DNA from: Chlorokybus atmophyticus
Taxonomy: Eukaryota; Plantae; Mesostigma and Chlorokybus algae
Length of the DNA: 64,000 bases
Assembly (NCBI GenBank): GCA_009103225.1
Contig: RHPI01002048.1
Location: 237,702 to 301,701, forward strand
Reading direction: 5' to 3'
Part shown: piece by piece, positions 21,652 through 33,151 of the stretch
How the letters are laid out: each line of letters starts with the position of its first letter
Numbering within the stretch: the first letter of the stretch is position 1
Notes under the pieces: generated by a model
The model's database searches: none
What the model was told of the DNA's origin: nothing
The model's input: the letters and a program-made list of their open reading frames with translations, nothing else
Position numbers and translations under genes: made by a program

Positions 21652-22242
21652 CTACTATGGGTAGTGCTGTTTACACAGTTCTCTGCGTGAGTGGGAGAGG
21701 AATTACACTGTTAAGTGAGGTGAATGAGCAAGCAACACGTGGATGCTATGCCCTGACTGATGCCAACAAGCACACCGCGACCAAGTACACAAAGCTCACA
21801 GCAAGAACAAGCACAGTGCACAAGAACATGCACAGGCTCTCACACGGTGAGGGGATTCTTGGGAACCAGGACGGTGTGTTCGTAGTTCAAGTCGCTTCAC
21901 AAGCTCTTAGCTTTCTCACTTACAGTGTCACCAGCTGATCCGGTGAACACTGTGCCTACTTATACAAGTCAACTCATGACTGTCCAGAACATAAGCTAAC
22001 GGTCATATCGAGGCTATTTCCACAGGAAATGCCCACTCGATACAGAACCGGACTTATAACTGAACTCACAACTGAACAGCTACGCGCGGTGCCTATGCAG
22101 GCTATGGTCACGAGCTACTCTAGGGACATGACCTAGCTACTGGTCAGAGGCGCGCGCGGGTTGCCATGCTGATAAGCCGGGCGAGGGTCTCGCTGTAGGC
22201 ATGCCCGATGACGACTGGCATGCTTGGGCGATAGGCATGACA
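21652..22242 (-). repeat. Repeat A1 (591 bp), 5'-terminal, containing the putative promoter
   Basis: Copy of 11396-11986; begins TGTCATG on the coding strand. Confidence 0.95.
21959..21964 (-). promoter_or_regulatory. TATA box of the retroelement; predicted TSS at ~21932
   Basis: TATAAG on the minus strand, 32 nt upstream of the first base of the sequence complementary to the primer site. Confidence 0.55.
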
Positions 22243-25200
22243 TTATTCCAACGACCATTCTGTTTGACGCCATCCTCAGAAGCCCTGCATGTATACATGT
22301 ATACTCAACAAACACATAAAGCACTTGTGACAAAATCATGCTTTTATACATGTTCTATCAGCTCAACATGTACGACGTACCCCGCATTGATAGCTTGTTG
22401 CGCATACCCCTTGCGCACAGCATGCACGCAAGTGGCTGTGACAATCTTGCATGTTCGATTGACCTCGCGCTGTCGCTGCCACTGTTGCCTGTAGGTAATG
22501 GGGTCACCTGGCTTCATGCCTGAAATCACATGTGTCCCATACCTACATTTCACATCAACACTCAATTAAGGCACCCATAATAGCAGCAACATGACAACCA
22601 CCACAAAATATTAGACTAGCTCACCATGATTGGCGAGTCTCAAATGCAGGTTCTGACGCACGAGCAATATGATACTTGTAGAAGTAATGGAAAGCCAAAG
22701 CATTGTGAAGATCAATGACTGGGTTCCAATTGCGCAGGCCCTCAATGTACTCAATGTTGCCATTCTGCAACAGCAACAGACAGTAGTTTATGACATACAC
22801 GGTGTCAACATAAATTGATTGATAGTATCCAAGATCTCACCTTGTTCATTTTGCCATTCCGCGAGACAAAACAGAGCATGACACCGTGATCTGGGCCCAA
22901 GACTTCCACAGGGACGTTATACTTGTAGAAGTCACATTCTTCTACAGCTCGACAAACGTCCCCTTTTTAAATGCACGAGTGGCGCAATACCGGATCCAAG
23001 CTGTTGCACACCATATATCAGGGAACCTTTGCAGGGTTACAACACAATCACTTGCAACTCATCAGTCAATTCATACCGCGCATTTAAGGATGCGGCTTGC
23101 TTCAACTGGTTGCTGGTGTTAGCGCTTTTGCGAAGCCAGTACTCATTCATGTTGCAGTAGTCTTCTTGAGTGTAGCCCTCAGCATCAGTGCCGGCTAGTC
23201 GGTCATGAAACTCCCTGAGCAATCATCGCTACTCAGTGCACATACTTGTGGCAACATCATTTTAACATGTGCATGCTCCGGACTACACTTACTTTTTGGC
23301 TATCTCGCTGATGCTGCGCCTCGCATCACTAAGCACTTGCTTTACAATGGGGCTGCGTCTACAATCGAGAGGACTAGTTCCATGCCCATCCCTCATTGCC
23401 TGGTCTTTTGCCGCATCTTGCACGCTTTTGATGATGTTCTCTAGCACACTCCATTTCCAGTGCTGATGTGCCAGCATGAACTTCTCTACATTCCCCACCT
23501 CAATCCGCTCATGGAGCTGTTGCTGTGAGCACCACTCATGCATGATTGCAATGATCTCAATCGTCTTCATAGCCAAAGAGTATACAAATGCATATTCATA
23601 TGTAACTCACCCTATATTGTTTCAAACCGCGGTCATATTTGCTACTTGTGTTCTTTGGGCGTTGCGTCTGCTTTTTGTTAAGCAGGTCATCAATGTTGAG
23701 TGGTCGCATGCTGCGCGCAATAGTTTCTTCTTGTTGACGGGCATCGTCGTCAACATGTGTCTCTACGTCGCTTTCATCGCCGCTCGTACTTGCCTGCAAT
23801 AGTCAATGCCATTCACCTCATGAACATGTCACGCCAACATTGTGCACGTGACATCATGTATATTGTATTGCTTAAACAAATGGCTCTTACTTGCGATGGT
23901 GAAAAACACAGCGCGGCTGCCGCAACAGGGAGCATGCTCCATCCTTTGAGCAGGTTGTGCTTGTGTTGATGGTAATGATGCTGCGATGCAACAATAGGGC
24001 TTGGCCAGTGCTGTAGCGATGACAACAAGGGAGCAGGCGCGCCGCCGCTGATGCTGAATGCCAAAACCAACCTGCACACATTGCGCAAGCGCAGTGCCCG
24101 CATGAACAACGGTGCTAACAATCAGCAATTGACGTTAGCAACTATCACATGATGTTGCATGGCATATAGCAGAGCGCAACATAATAGTGTCAGTTACCTT
24201 GGCTAGCCATCTACACAACTCGCAAGCATCAATGCCTATGGTAAGGAGTAAAGGCACAGAGGTGTACAGTGTGAGCACTATATACGCATGGCCGCGCGTA
24301 TGCCCACGCGTGCAAGCCCCTTCGCCTACAGCAGCTGACTCTCCAGCACCGGCACCTGTACAATGTCACTGTTAACAATGTTATTATCGTTGTTGTTGTT
24401 GTTGCACAGACCAAGCAGCCCTAAGATGACAACAATAACCTAAATATGCTGGTTCTGTTTGTTGTTGTGCATAATGCGTGCGCATGTACATGTTTTTGTT
24501 TGTTGATGTGTGTGTGTCTGTTTGTTGTTGTCTTCACGCATTTGTGCCAACGTGAATGCGTGCTGTTAGTGTGTTCAAGTGAATACGAACCTCGTGCATG
24601 GTGGTGGTGCGATGCTAGAATGCGCAACCCCCTTGAGACTTGAGCACCGCCCCACGCTGCTGTCAACTCTTCCTTCACCTGCAGCAGCTGCCTCTCCAGC
24701 AACACCTGCACACTGTCATGTCGTTAATGTTGTTGTGAAACGGTAAAGTGTTGTTCAACATGCGCACACACAATGCATACACTCACCACACACTACATGC
24801 GCGCACACAGTAACGCGCATATACTAACCAACCGACACACCACACAAATAGGCGCACATAACAAAATTAAGAAGACATCTATTATAATTGATTTACACAA
24901 AACCGCTGTATTATAGACCAACATAACTCACCGAAACTTGAACAACTCTACCAACATAAGTTGCTACATAACTTGCTTGAAGCTGCTGGACTTGGCGCTC
25001 AAGCGCCTCCAGCAGCTCCGACTCCGCCGCCGCTAGGCCGGCACCTGCAGCTCCCGAACTGCGAGCTCCTGATGGCTCGCAGCCGCTGCGCCGCCGCCTG
25101 GAAAACCCACCGCCGCAGCCACAGCCGCCGCAATCAGCTACTACTACTGCTTCTCCTCATCTTCCTCCTCCTCCTCCTCCTCCTCCTCCTCCTCCGCCGC

Positions 25201-25338
25201 CGCCGCCCCAACCCCACCGCCCCTGCAGCAGCTGACCAGCGCGCACAGGAGACCGCCAGTTCGTTGACATCTTCGCTACCACTCACAAAAATGTGATATC
25301 GATGTTATAAAATAGATATCTGTAACTCACAGTTAGTA

Positions 25339-28300
25339 AGGGACTTTTGACGTCCCTGACTCGACTGGCCGGTAGACACCCAGAGGGTGTTCAATGCTTA
25401 TATAGAAGGGTGTCTAGACACCACTGCGACCTCACTATACTATTACGGTACATTGTTTTGCACAACACGTGCCGGGTGTGGCGCGTTCCATTATTGTACA
25501 CCTGTACCGCGTATGCTCCGATTTGCAAGCCGCGGGTGGGCGACTAGCCCTGGTCTTGTTGACCGAATGGCGTAGCGTACCAGTGCTGCACTGGTTCGCA
25601 GGCCGCGGGGCCCGCAACCAGCCATAGTCCGGTCCATCGGACCAGGCCATTCAGCTCCGGGGCGGGACCACATGTGGTTTGGTCACGCCGGACCAGTCGC
25701 GGCACTGGTACGCCAGCAAACCAGACGTGGTTTGCGGGCCGCGTACAACTGATCCGCGCGTAAAAAGCCATGTGGCAACAAGCAATAAAGTTGGGTCCTT
25801 CACCACCATGACTGCTATGCAACACTGCCTTCTTACATAGCCTACATACACACGTACGCATCTCGCCTATTGTAATTGATTTAATCAGGCACATCGACGC
25901 CCCAATGGACCCCGAGATCCAAAAAGCCCAGATGCGCAACGCGCTCCAAAGTAAGTCGCAGGCACTATTGTAGCCTAGTGCAGGCTCAACTTAAACTATC
26001 TATATCGCGATTAATGCCTTGTTGGTATGACTCTCGTAGACAAGTCATGGCGGAAGTTTCAGGTAACCGACAATGCAAACCCGGCGCGGAGGAGATACAT
26101 CCATGAATGGGGCAATCCCACAATCTGACAAATGATCGTGCAATGCTGGTCTTACGCCGTCACTACACCTGGTCGCCGACAGGTGACAGTCAACCACCTC
26201 GCATACCTGTTGCTTACGGTGAGCACTCTGAACTGAATCACTAGCAATTTAAGAATGCTGTAGCCCCAAACTACAGACTTGCAGACGCGCTGCAGTGAAT
26301 AGCGGGTTTCAATACTACTAAGACATGCCTGTAAACTACGTAGGTGGAGTGCATTATAAAGGGCAAGGATGGAGACCCTCTTCTAGCTGCCATCATCAAC
26401 ACACATGAAGAATAGCTCAGCGAAATCAACACCATGATTAAATCAATGAAGCGGCAGATGAGGCAACTGTACGCAGCCCTCCAGCCATTCATCCTTGTAG
26501 ACGCCGCACTGCATCTTGTGTTGAATACCTGAAAGATCGCAATCGGCGCCGGCCGCAAGAGACAGCAGCTTGTGACCCACTCGCAAAGGCAGAAGCGGCA
26601 TTTGATTGGCTGGTGCAACCCGTTTCAGAAGGAGGAACAGCAAGCTCCGGCCTCCTCTACATTCCCCAGCGCGTGGTGCTTTGTCTCATGATGACGTGCA
26701 ATGATTGAGAGGTGCTGTAGCGCAGTTGGTAGTCCGTTTAGCTGGTAGTATACACAGCTGCAAGGCTTTTGTGACTTAGTGTTGTGCATCTTAAACCGGC
26801 TCAATCAATCGTCATTATGCTCATGCATGTAAATGGTGCATCCCTATGATATGCAACAGAACTGCAGGCATTCAAGTCACATAATTAAACCACAAGCCTT
26901 GGCAAGTAACTAAAAGACACTATACACACCTCAGGTACCTGTACACAACAGGCACATAACGATGCTGGCAGTCAGTGACAGTTGCGTATAGTCATGCTAT
27001 GCAAATACATATAACGACAGTTGTGCATCAATCACTTCAATCGCTTGAAGAATGCCTTATCTTGTTGACAATTACCTAGTTAATGCTTGTGTATTAGGCT
27101 CAGGCGCCTGCGCTGGACGGGTGTGTAACCAACAGGTGCCTGCCACATAGGCTGAGTCACCTAAGTTAGACTGATCTATAACTTGCAGGTGCCCGTTAAT
27201 TACGTCTTGTCACCTGTTAAAGCCTGGTAAGTAACTGACAGGTGCCTGTTAATTAGGCATAGTCAACTGTTAAAGACTACATTGTAACAAGAAGGGCCTG
27301 ATAGTAACGAAAGTTATACTCACATTCCTATATTTAGACTACAGGTGGACTGAGCCACGAGAGTCAAATTAAGCATCTCTAAGTGCACGGCCGTTGCCAA
27401 TATTTCGTCGGCCGGCAGGGGAAAGATTTTGCGACGCATGCATAAATGCATGTTGCATGAATAGTATAATCTGTCTATATGCTCACACCAAATCTTTAAG
27501 CATATAACTGAATATTTAAAGATCGTTTACAACATATCACCATGCACGTCAATTCGAGTTCAATTACAATGACACGCCGATAGTGGGAGCTTCCCGCCGT
27601 GCATGCTGCCTGGACAGTTTGATTCATTTATGCAATTACGGACACAGCATGCATGCATGTTATTTGAACAGTGGAATCTGTGCATATGGTCAAAGACAAT
27701 TGCAAACCATATTCGTGCATGGGTTTTGAATATTGCAAATAAATTATCAAAGACGTTCATCCTGTGAGTTTAAACATGATGCGACGACAATGTCAGCATA
27801 CCTCTTGCACCAGTGTGTGCATCAAGCGTCCTGTGCCTATGAGAATACCTTCCGATCAGACACTTTGATAAAGGTCTCCTCCGTAATCACATCCTGCGCA
27901 AACCGCATTGCGCCCGCCAGGTTGGATACAACACCCGCAACCGATAGCCCAACCAACAGGGCTACCAACAACGACCGGCACTGCCGTATATCGCCAACTC
28001 GCAGACAACGACCACGCGGCCGTCTGTAACACAACGCCTCCAACACAGTGCTTGATAGGCAACGTGTGGGTGGTGCTAACGCCGACGCCTTACCAACACC
28101 GCCCAATACGAATACGGCGTTGCTAGCGGCCAATGCAATTAGGGTTGTCAACCCGGTTGATATTGACGGCGATCAGCCCTAAGCAGTAACCTAGGTGACA
28201 CAAGGAGGGGCCGCGGACCTACAAGAAGTAACCGAGTGAATTACTCGCAAATGACGTTTGCTTCCCATGCTCGCAGTCGAATTGACGATTGCTTCCTGGC

Positions 28301-29064
28301 GTTTTAGGTCTCAGTTAAGATTTGCATTTTATATTTTATAAATACTGTAAGTAACTCGAAACGGGTACGTAGTACGATTTGAGGTTGAGCGCCGCGCCGA
28401 GTCGTGGTTGTCATCACATTCGATGTTGCGAAAGCGGAGAATTGAGGTGGTTGTCGGTCACCAGACATCAATTTCCACTTTTTCGGACATCATGAACGTC
28501 ACATCGAGTTCACTCGTGGTGTGACTTTTGTCCGAAACGGTAGGTAGCCATCCACATCACATCTCCCCCCGTCCCATCAAGTTGGAGCCCCCAGTGTACT
28601 GCAGTGTGCACGGTAGGGATAATCGGTTGCTTCGAGCAGACATCAACAATTTCACTTTTCAATCAGCAGGCCCTCGCCACGTGCGGTCACACCGGTCGCC
28701 TGGCGCGCAATCCGCTCTCGTCTTTCTGCCGCTAACGCCTTCACCCTGACAGATCCCACACATCACTCTGAATGCAATCCAAACGCAAATTCAGAAACTC
28801 AGGAAGTCATAATGCCGTAACGTCGTACACTGGATATAAGCACTGCTAGTACCAGTGCTACAGGCCATAACAATTGGCCCTGATTTCGAGGGTGACACAG
28901 TGGACACAAATGTCGACGCATTGTGATTGGCTCCTTGTGCGAATGTCCGAAGCGTTTTTCGGGGCGTTTCGGCCTGTGCGGCGTACTGTGGCCAGCTGGG
29001 TTGCAAGCATTAATCGAAACATTGCCGATGTCAACGGACAAGTTTACACTCGTAGGAAGTCCCT
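25339..29064. mobile_element. Possible non-autonomous TIR element (AGGGACTT termini) with repeat-rich subtermini and decayed exon-like fragments
   Basis: AGGGACTTTT at 25339 and AAGTCCCT at ~29057-29064. The target duplication is imperfect (TAA/TAG). GGACCAG repeats at ~25590-25750 and AGGTGCCTG/AGGTACC repeats at ~26930-27260 resemble those at 3495-3720 and 39000-39200. Confidence 0.3.
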
Positions 29065-29832
29065 AGCGGTACCTTGTGTGCGTTGAGGAACACCTTTATA
29101 AATCCGCAATTGACTGTCATCGTGTCCATGGATGATTCAAAGCTATAGACCTGATGAAAATTATCAGGTATAACAATGGAGTGCATTTGTTAGCGCGTTA
29201 AATCCATCTCCGGATCGCTGACTTGGGCTCGCTTGTCCTCTAGCGAGAATTGCCGAGGGGTTTGTGGAGGGAAAAAAATCTGGCCATCTCTCAAAGCAAA
29301 GCAGCAGCGAGGAAAGTCGAAAGCTGGGGACCAATCAGCAGTCAATTAACACAAATCACTCCACTCGCGCGAGCTCACATCGCTGATTCACTCGAGAGCG
29401 ATTCACTGTTTCAGGCAGGCTTGTGTTTCTGTGTGCATTTGAGCGCACCGTAGCTTTGAACTCAGCTCTTGGCTTCAGCGTAGCGCCGCCGCCGCTTTCG
29501 CCTGCTGGTGCAGCGAGGGCAGGGCGTCGCTGCGGGCATTGGCGGCGTTGGGGACCCGGCGTTGGGGTCCCGGCATTGGGGTTGTGCTGGCACAGTGCTG
29601 TCGCGTTGAGGGAATTGGCTGTGAATTGTCTCATTTAGTATGCTGTCGGAGTTAGCTAGCGGTGATTGAGCGTGACTGGTTTCGTGAGCCTGGGCTGGCC
29701 TGCTTGTGGAAGCTTGAGCTGAGTGCAGTTGAAGCTGCTTGTGGCATGTCAATGCGCAAGATTTGGTTTGACGGGAGGTTAGGAGTTTTGAGAAAAAAGG
29801 TCAGCCAGCTACCACCTCTAGGCGAGGAGAGC

Positions 29833-32303
29833 ATGGAGGAATGTCAGGCCAGTGGCAAGCCACAACCACAGCAAGAGCATGAACAATTGAAGCAGCAGCA
29901 GCAGTGCGGAGAGCAGCAGCATTGCACAGGCAGCAGGTTCAGCGTAGCCAGCACCACCGCCTCACCAGCTGCAGCCATGCCTGACAGGGTCAAAGGTTTC
30001 AGGCAGATGAAAAGAAAACGCAAGCGCATGCTTGCAGAGCAATTGGACGGCATCCTGGTGAGCCTTGTCGGGGCGGAGTGCAATGGAGACGTCGATGAGG
30101 AAGAGCACGACGAGCAGCAGCAACAGCAGCCGGAGCCTAGCGCACCTGCGCCCTCGCCTGCCCATTGCAGTCACCAACCACACGGGCGTGCCGGCAACGT
30201 GGTGGACAACGACGAGGACGACGACATGGATGACGGGTCGGGCGCCAGGCTCAGGAAACATACTAAGGTGACCGTGACAGGCAACCACAGGACGAAGCAG
30301 GCGTACATTGGGCTTCATGGCACTGTCACCAAGTCCGTTGGGCCTGGTGGATGGCATTGGCTGGTACGTTGGCATGCATGCACGTATTGTCAGATACTAC
30401 CTTAGGAGACTTGACCTCAAATTGTTGTTGCGATATCGACTAACAATCTTTGCCAGATGAGTCTTGGGGATGAACGTTTTGAACAACAAGCTGGTATATA
30501 CTGCATGTGCGGTGGTGCATGCAGTTGAGACGCAGCTTCGTAGTGCGTATTTGACTGTGGAGAGTGCCTGGCTACAATGTGTAACAGTCAAGCGAGTTGG
30601 ATGACGTCAAGTTGTACAGTGTTTACTCAGTCAGCAAGGCAGTTGTACAATACAACCTTTTCAGCGCAGCTGGCCAGCTGGTTTTCTTGCCATGTGCATC
30701 GTTAACAGCTTGGGGAGGTCTCTGCGTGTTCATTGGGGCATGCAGTTGATACCTCATCGCTGTGTCAAATGTTGCTGTGTGCTCAGTAGAGGGCTTATAA
30801 ATGAAGTTAATGCGTGATGGGCCAACAAATTGAAGGCATTCTGCTTGGCAGTCAGTAGTTGTAACACTTCTTGTAGCCCTTTGCATTCTCCTCCCGACGT
30901 TGTGGTGTACCTGCTTCTTTCTATCTTGTCTGTAATGTTTGCATTTTGGTTGCAAGACTTGACAGCAAGAACGCTTGCGGTGTTGCAACAGCTAGGCTCA
31001 GTCTTAAGCGCTACGATTTTGCAAGTGCTTATCCTCCACAGAGAAAATGTCTGCAAGTGGGGCTGATTTGCATGGGTCTAAAGATGTATTTGGTTATGTG
31101 CTTGTTGGGCTTAGCATGTTGTGCTCTGAGTGCAGGTGCTTTCCAATGGTGAGGAGGTTCGACTGCAACGGAATGCGCTGACAATCAATGAACTGCCGCC
31201 GGAAGAAGGCGATGATGCAGACAGCAATTCTTCACCCACATCACAAGTAACAGGTATGCTGTCATAACAAACACTGGTAGTGCGTGCAAGTACGCGCTGA
31301 CTTACCTGTAGCAAAGTCTAGCATTGTTGATGTCAAGTAGCAGTTGGCCTACCATCTAACGTATGTTGGGACTCGGGTTGTGCCGACAGCGTGTTGAGCA
31401 GTTGCACGTTGAGTTTGCGCTGCTCATGCGCATAGTGCAGTAAGCTGAGTTGTTGTGCACAGTACTGGCGAGTGCGCTGTCCCCTTCAACAATGGCATGA
31501 CATCAAACAACAACACAATTATGAAGTTTGGCTTGACCTCCCTAAGGAGTGTTGTTTGTATCCGCACAGGAAACTTGCGGCTATGGATTACATTGCGCTG
31601 ACCTGGTAATGTACGCAGACCCCGGGCAGGCAACACAGCCTGTCAGATTGAAACGTCTGAAGCAGCTGCACAGCATCACTGGAACAGACTGCATCACAGG
31701 TGCAACCCAGCAACGGCAATTGCTGCAATCAAAACCTGCTAGGAAAATTCTTCGGGGCAGCATGGTGAGTGCACGACAACCTGAGCTTTCTGGCACCTGT
31801 ACTGCTTGCTTCCCCTATGCAACAAGTCGTTTGTTCTGACTGAAGTGGCCTGCAGAGAGTGAATTTCAACCGAGTAGAGACGTCAATTTTGCGGAGATAC
31901 AGAAGACACTATCATCTGGTAAGCAAGCAACGCTGGTTGATCTGTTTGTCAGTTGTTGAGGTCTGCGGTGTCGTATCCGGTCTCAACCAGCGTGTGTGCA
32001 AGACTTGTGTCAAGTTGTTTATCTTGTCCGTTCTATCTATGTCAGGCTGAAGTAGGACCACCACAGTCAACCAAAGCACAGCTTGCATCTGCTGTGGCAC
32101 GGCATTTTCTAGCACAGGTATTTTTGACAATCGGGTTCGTGTTAATGTTGTTTCGTGTTAATGTTGATTGCCAGTTGCGTTGTTTATCAAGCAACATTGC
32201 CAGGCAAGCTGCAAGTCTGATGCTGTCGTGCGCTTTGCAGACAGTGGATGAGTATCAAGTCTTGGTGGCTTTCGTGGACGCAGCGAGGCGGGTGAAGGTG
32301 TGA
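29833..32303 (+). CDS. SAP30: SAP30-like histone deacetylase complex subunit (plant AFR1/AFR2 type)
   Basis: Exons 29833-30363, 31136-31253, 31619-31764, 31856-31918, 32046-32117 and 32241-32303 splice in frame with GT-AG introns. Motifs TKVTVTGNHRTKQAYIGLHGTVTKSVGPGGWHWLVLSNGEEVRLQRNAL and the C-terminal Sin3-binding-like VNFNRVETSILRRYRRHYHL...TKAQLASAVARHF...DEYQVLVAFVDAARR. Start codon is a best guess. Confidence 0.88.
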
Positions 32304-33151
32304 ACGATAAGTTGCCGCACAGGCCTCAAGAAGTTGTGCAACACAGCAGCCTCTCAGGCACCCTTGTCTATAATGTTTGTGTATAGCTACTACTAGTATC
32401 TGTAATCCAAGTTGTGGTCTCGCTAGACACTGCTGTGCAAGTGCTGCTGCACTTGGCCCTGTCTATGCAGGGATCTACACATACCAGTAGTGCTGGAGTA
32501 TTGTTCTGGCAGCACAGTGGGTTGAATATGCCAACATACAACCCTTCAATAGGTGTGAATTGCAATCATGTGGTGGTGCGGTTGCACATGCCATCCGTTG
32601 TTTGTGTGGGAGCTGCCACTCTTGTTGGTGCAGGTATCATAATGATTGAGTGTGTGCGCATTCATGTTGTTAAACTTTGCCTTCTGCAAAAGTGTTGTAA
32701 TATATAAAGAAATGTCCCATTCAACAGCGTGTGTGGAGATGTTATCAGTGGTGAATCGCTCAGAACACTTCATTGCTTATTTTAATTAGCAACATTCATC
32801 AGCACCATTGGCTACAGATTGACAATCTGATAGTTGGCAAACTTTACACACCAGCTTCTTATTGCAACTCATTCCAAAACATGTGTGCATGCTTGCACTG
32901 CTAGCCCGCTGCTCACACCTCTGCCCGCCTAGCACGCACTCGCACTTGCGCTGGCATTTGCATACATAAGTTAGCGGTACCGCGCTGGCCTAGTTGGTAA
33001 AACGGTTAATGTTATAAAGTTGAATATTGACGCTTCAATTGTTCAGCATCGTTTGTCACTAACTTGCAATATCGCGCGATACTTCTTAACTTTGCATGCC
33101 TTGAGCGAACATACGTGAACGTATTCAGTATCCCAATAACCCTCACTACTA

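Larger units (their letters stand above)
11157..22242 (-). mobile_element. Ty3/gypsy-type retrotransposon carrying a C5 DNA methyltransferase and a PHD finger, with split direct repeats (A1-ORFs-B1-A2-B2)
   Basis: Termini TGTC...GACA. TTAT duplicated at 11153-11156 and 22243-22246 (TTATT if the terminal T is counted as flank). Removing the element restores the Crypton reading frame. Domain order is gag-PR-DNMT-RT-RH-IN-PHD. Confidence 0.95.
9741..23800 (-). mobile_element. Crypton-like (CryptonF/Ndc10-type) tyrosine recombinase + GCR1_C gene, intron-containing, inactivated and split by the retrotransposon at 11157-22242
   Basis: Right part, in coding order: QRPKNTSSKYDRGLKQY (~23650), KEFHDRLAGTDAEGYTQEDY, RLDPVLRHSCI*KGDVCRAVEECDF...SRNGKMNK (stop at 22967-22969), CVHAVRKGYAQQA (HxxR motif), GVKQNGRW. 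Left part continues in frame once the insertion is removed: NNDHSNKSYWTQL...VAGYG...RKQIFPDLD, HLEMLDYFRDVIAQ, QHDIFNNPEFDEW, then GCR1_C-like YQMKLKLPTVAAVWKEYSEGIDGGPAVRELDARFKTTWR (10433-9741). GT-AG introns. Element ends not located. Confidence 0.8.

Noticed and set aside
11157-22242. Classification as a DIRS/PAT/Ngaro tyrosine-recombinase element because of the split repeats
   Set aside because: No YR motifs inside the element. It has an HHCC-DDE integrase, an aspartic protease remnant, TG...CA ends and a TSD. The YR sequence belongs to the interrupted flanking Crypton.
24961-25296. ORF with poly-Leu/poly-Arg runs
   Set aside because: Derived from (CCT)n/(GCC)n repeats; stops in the plausible frames.
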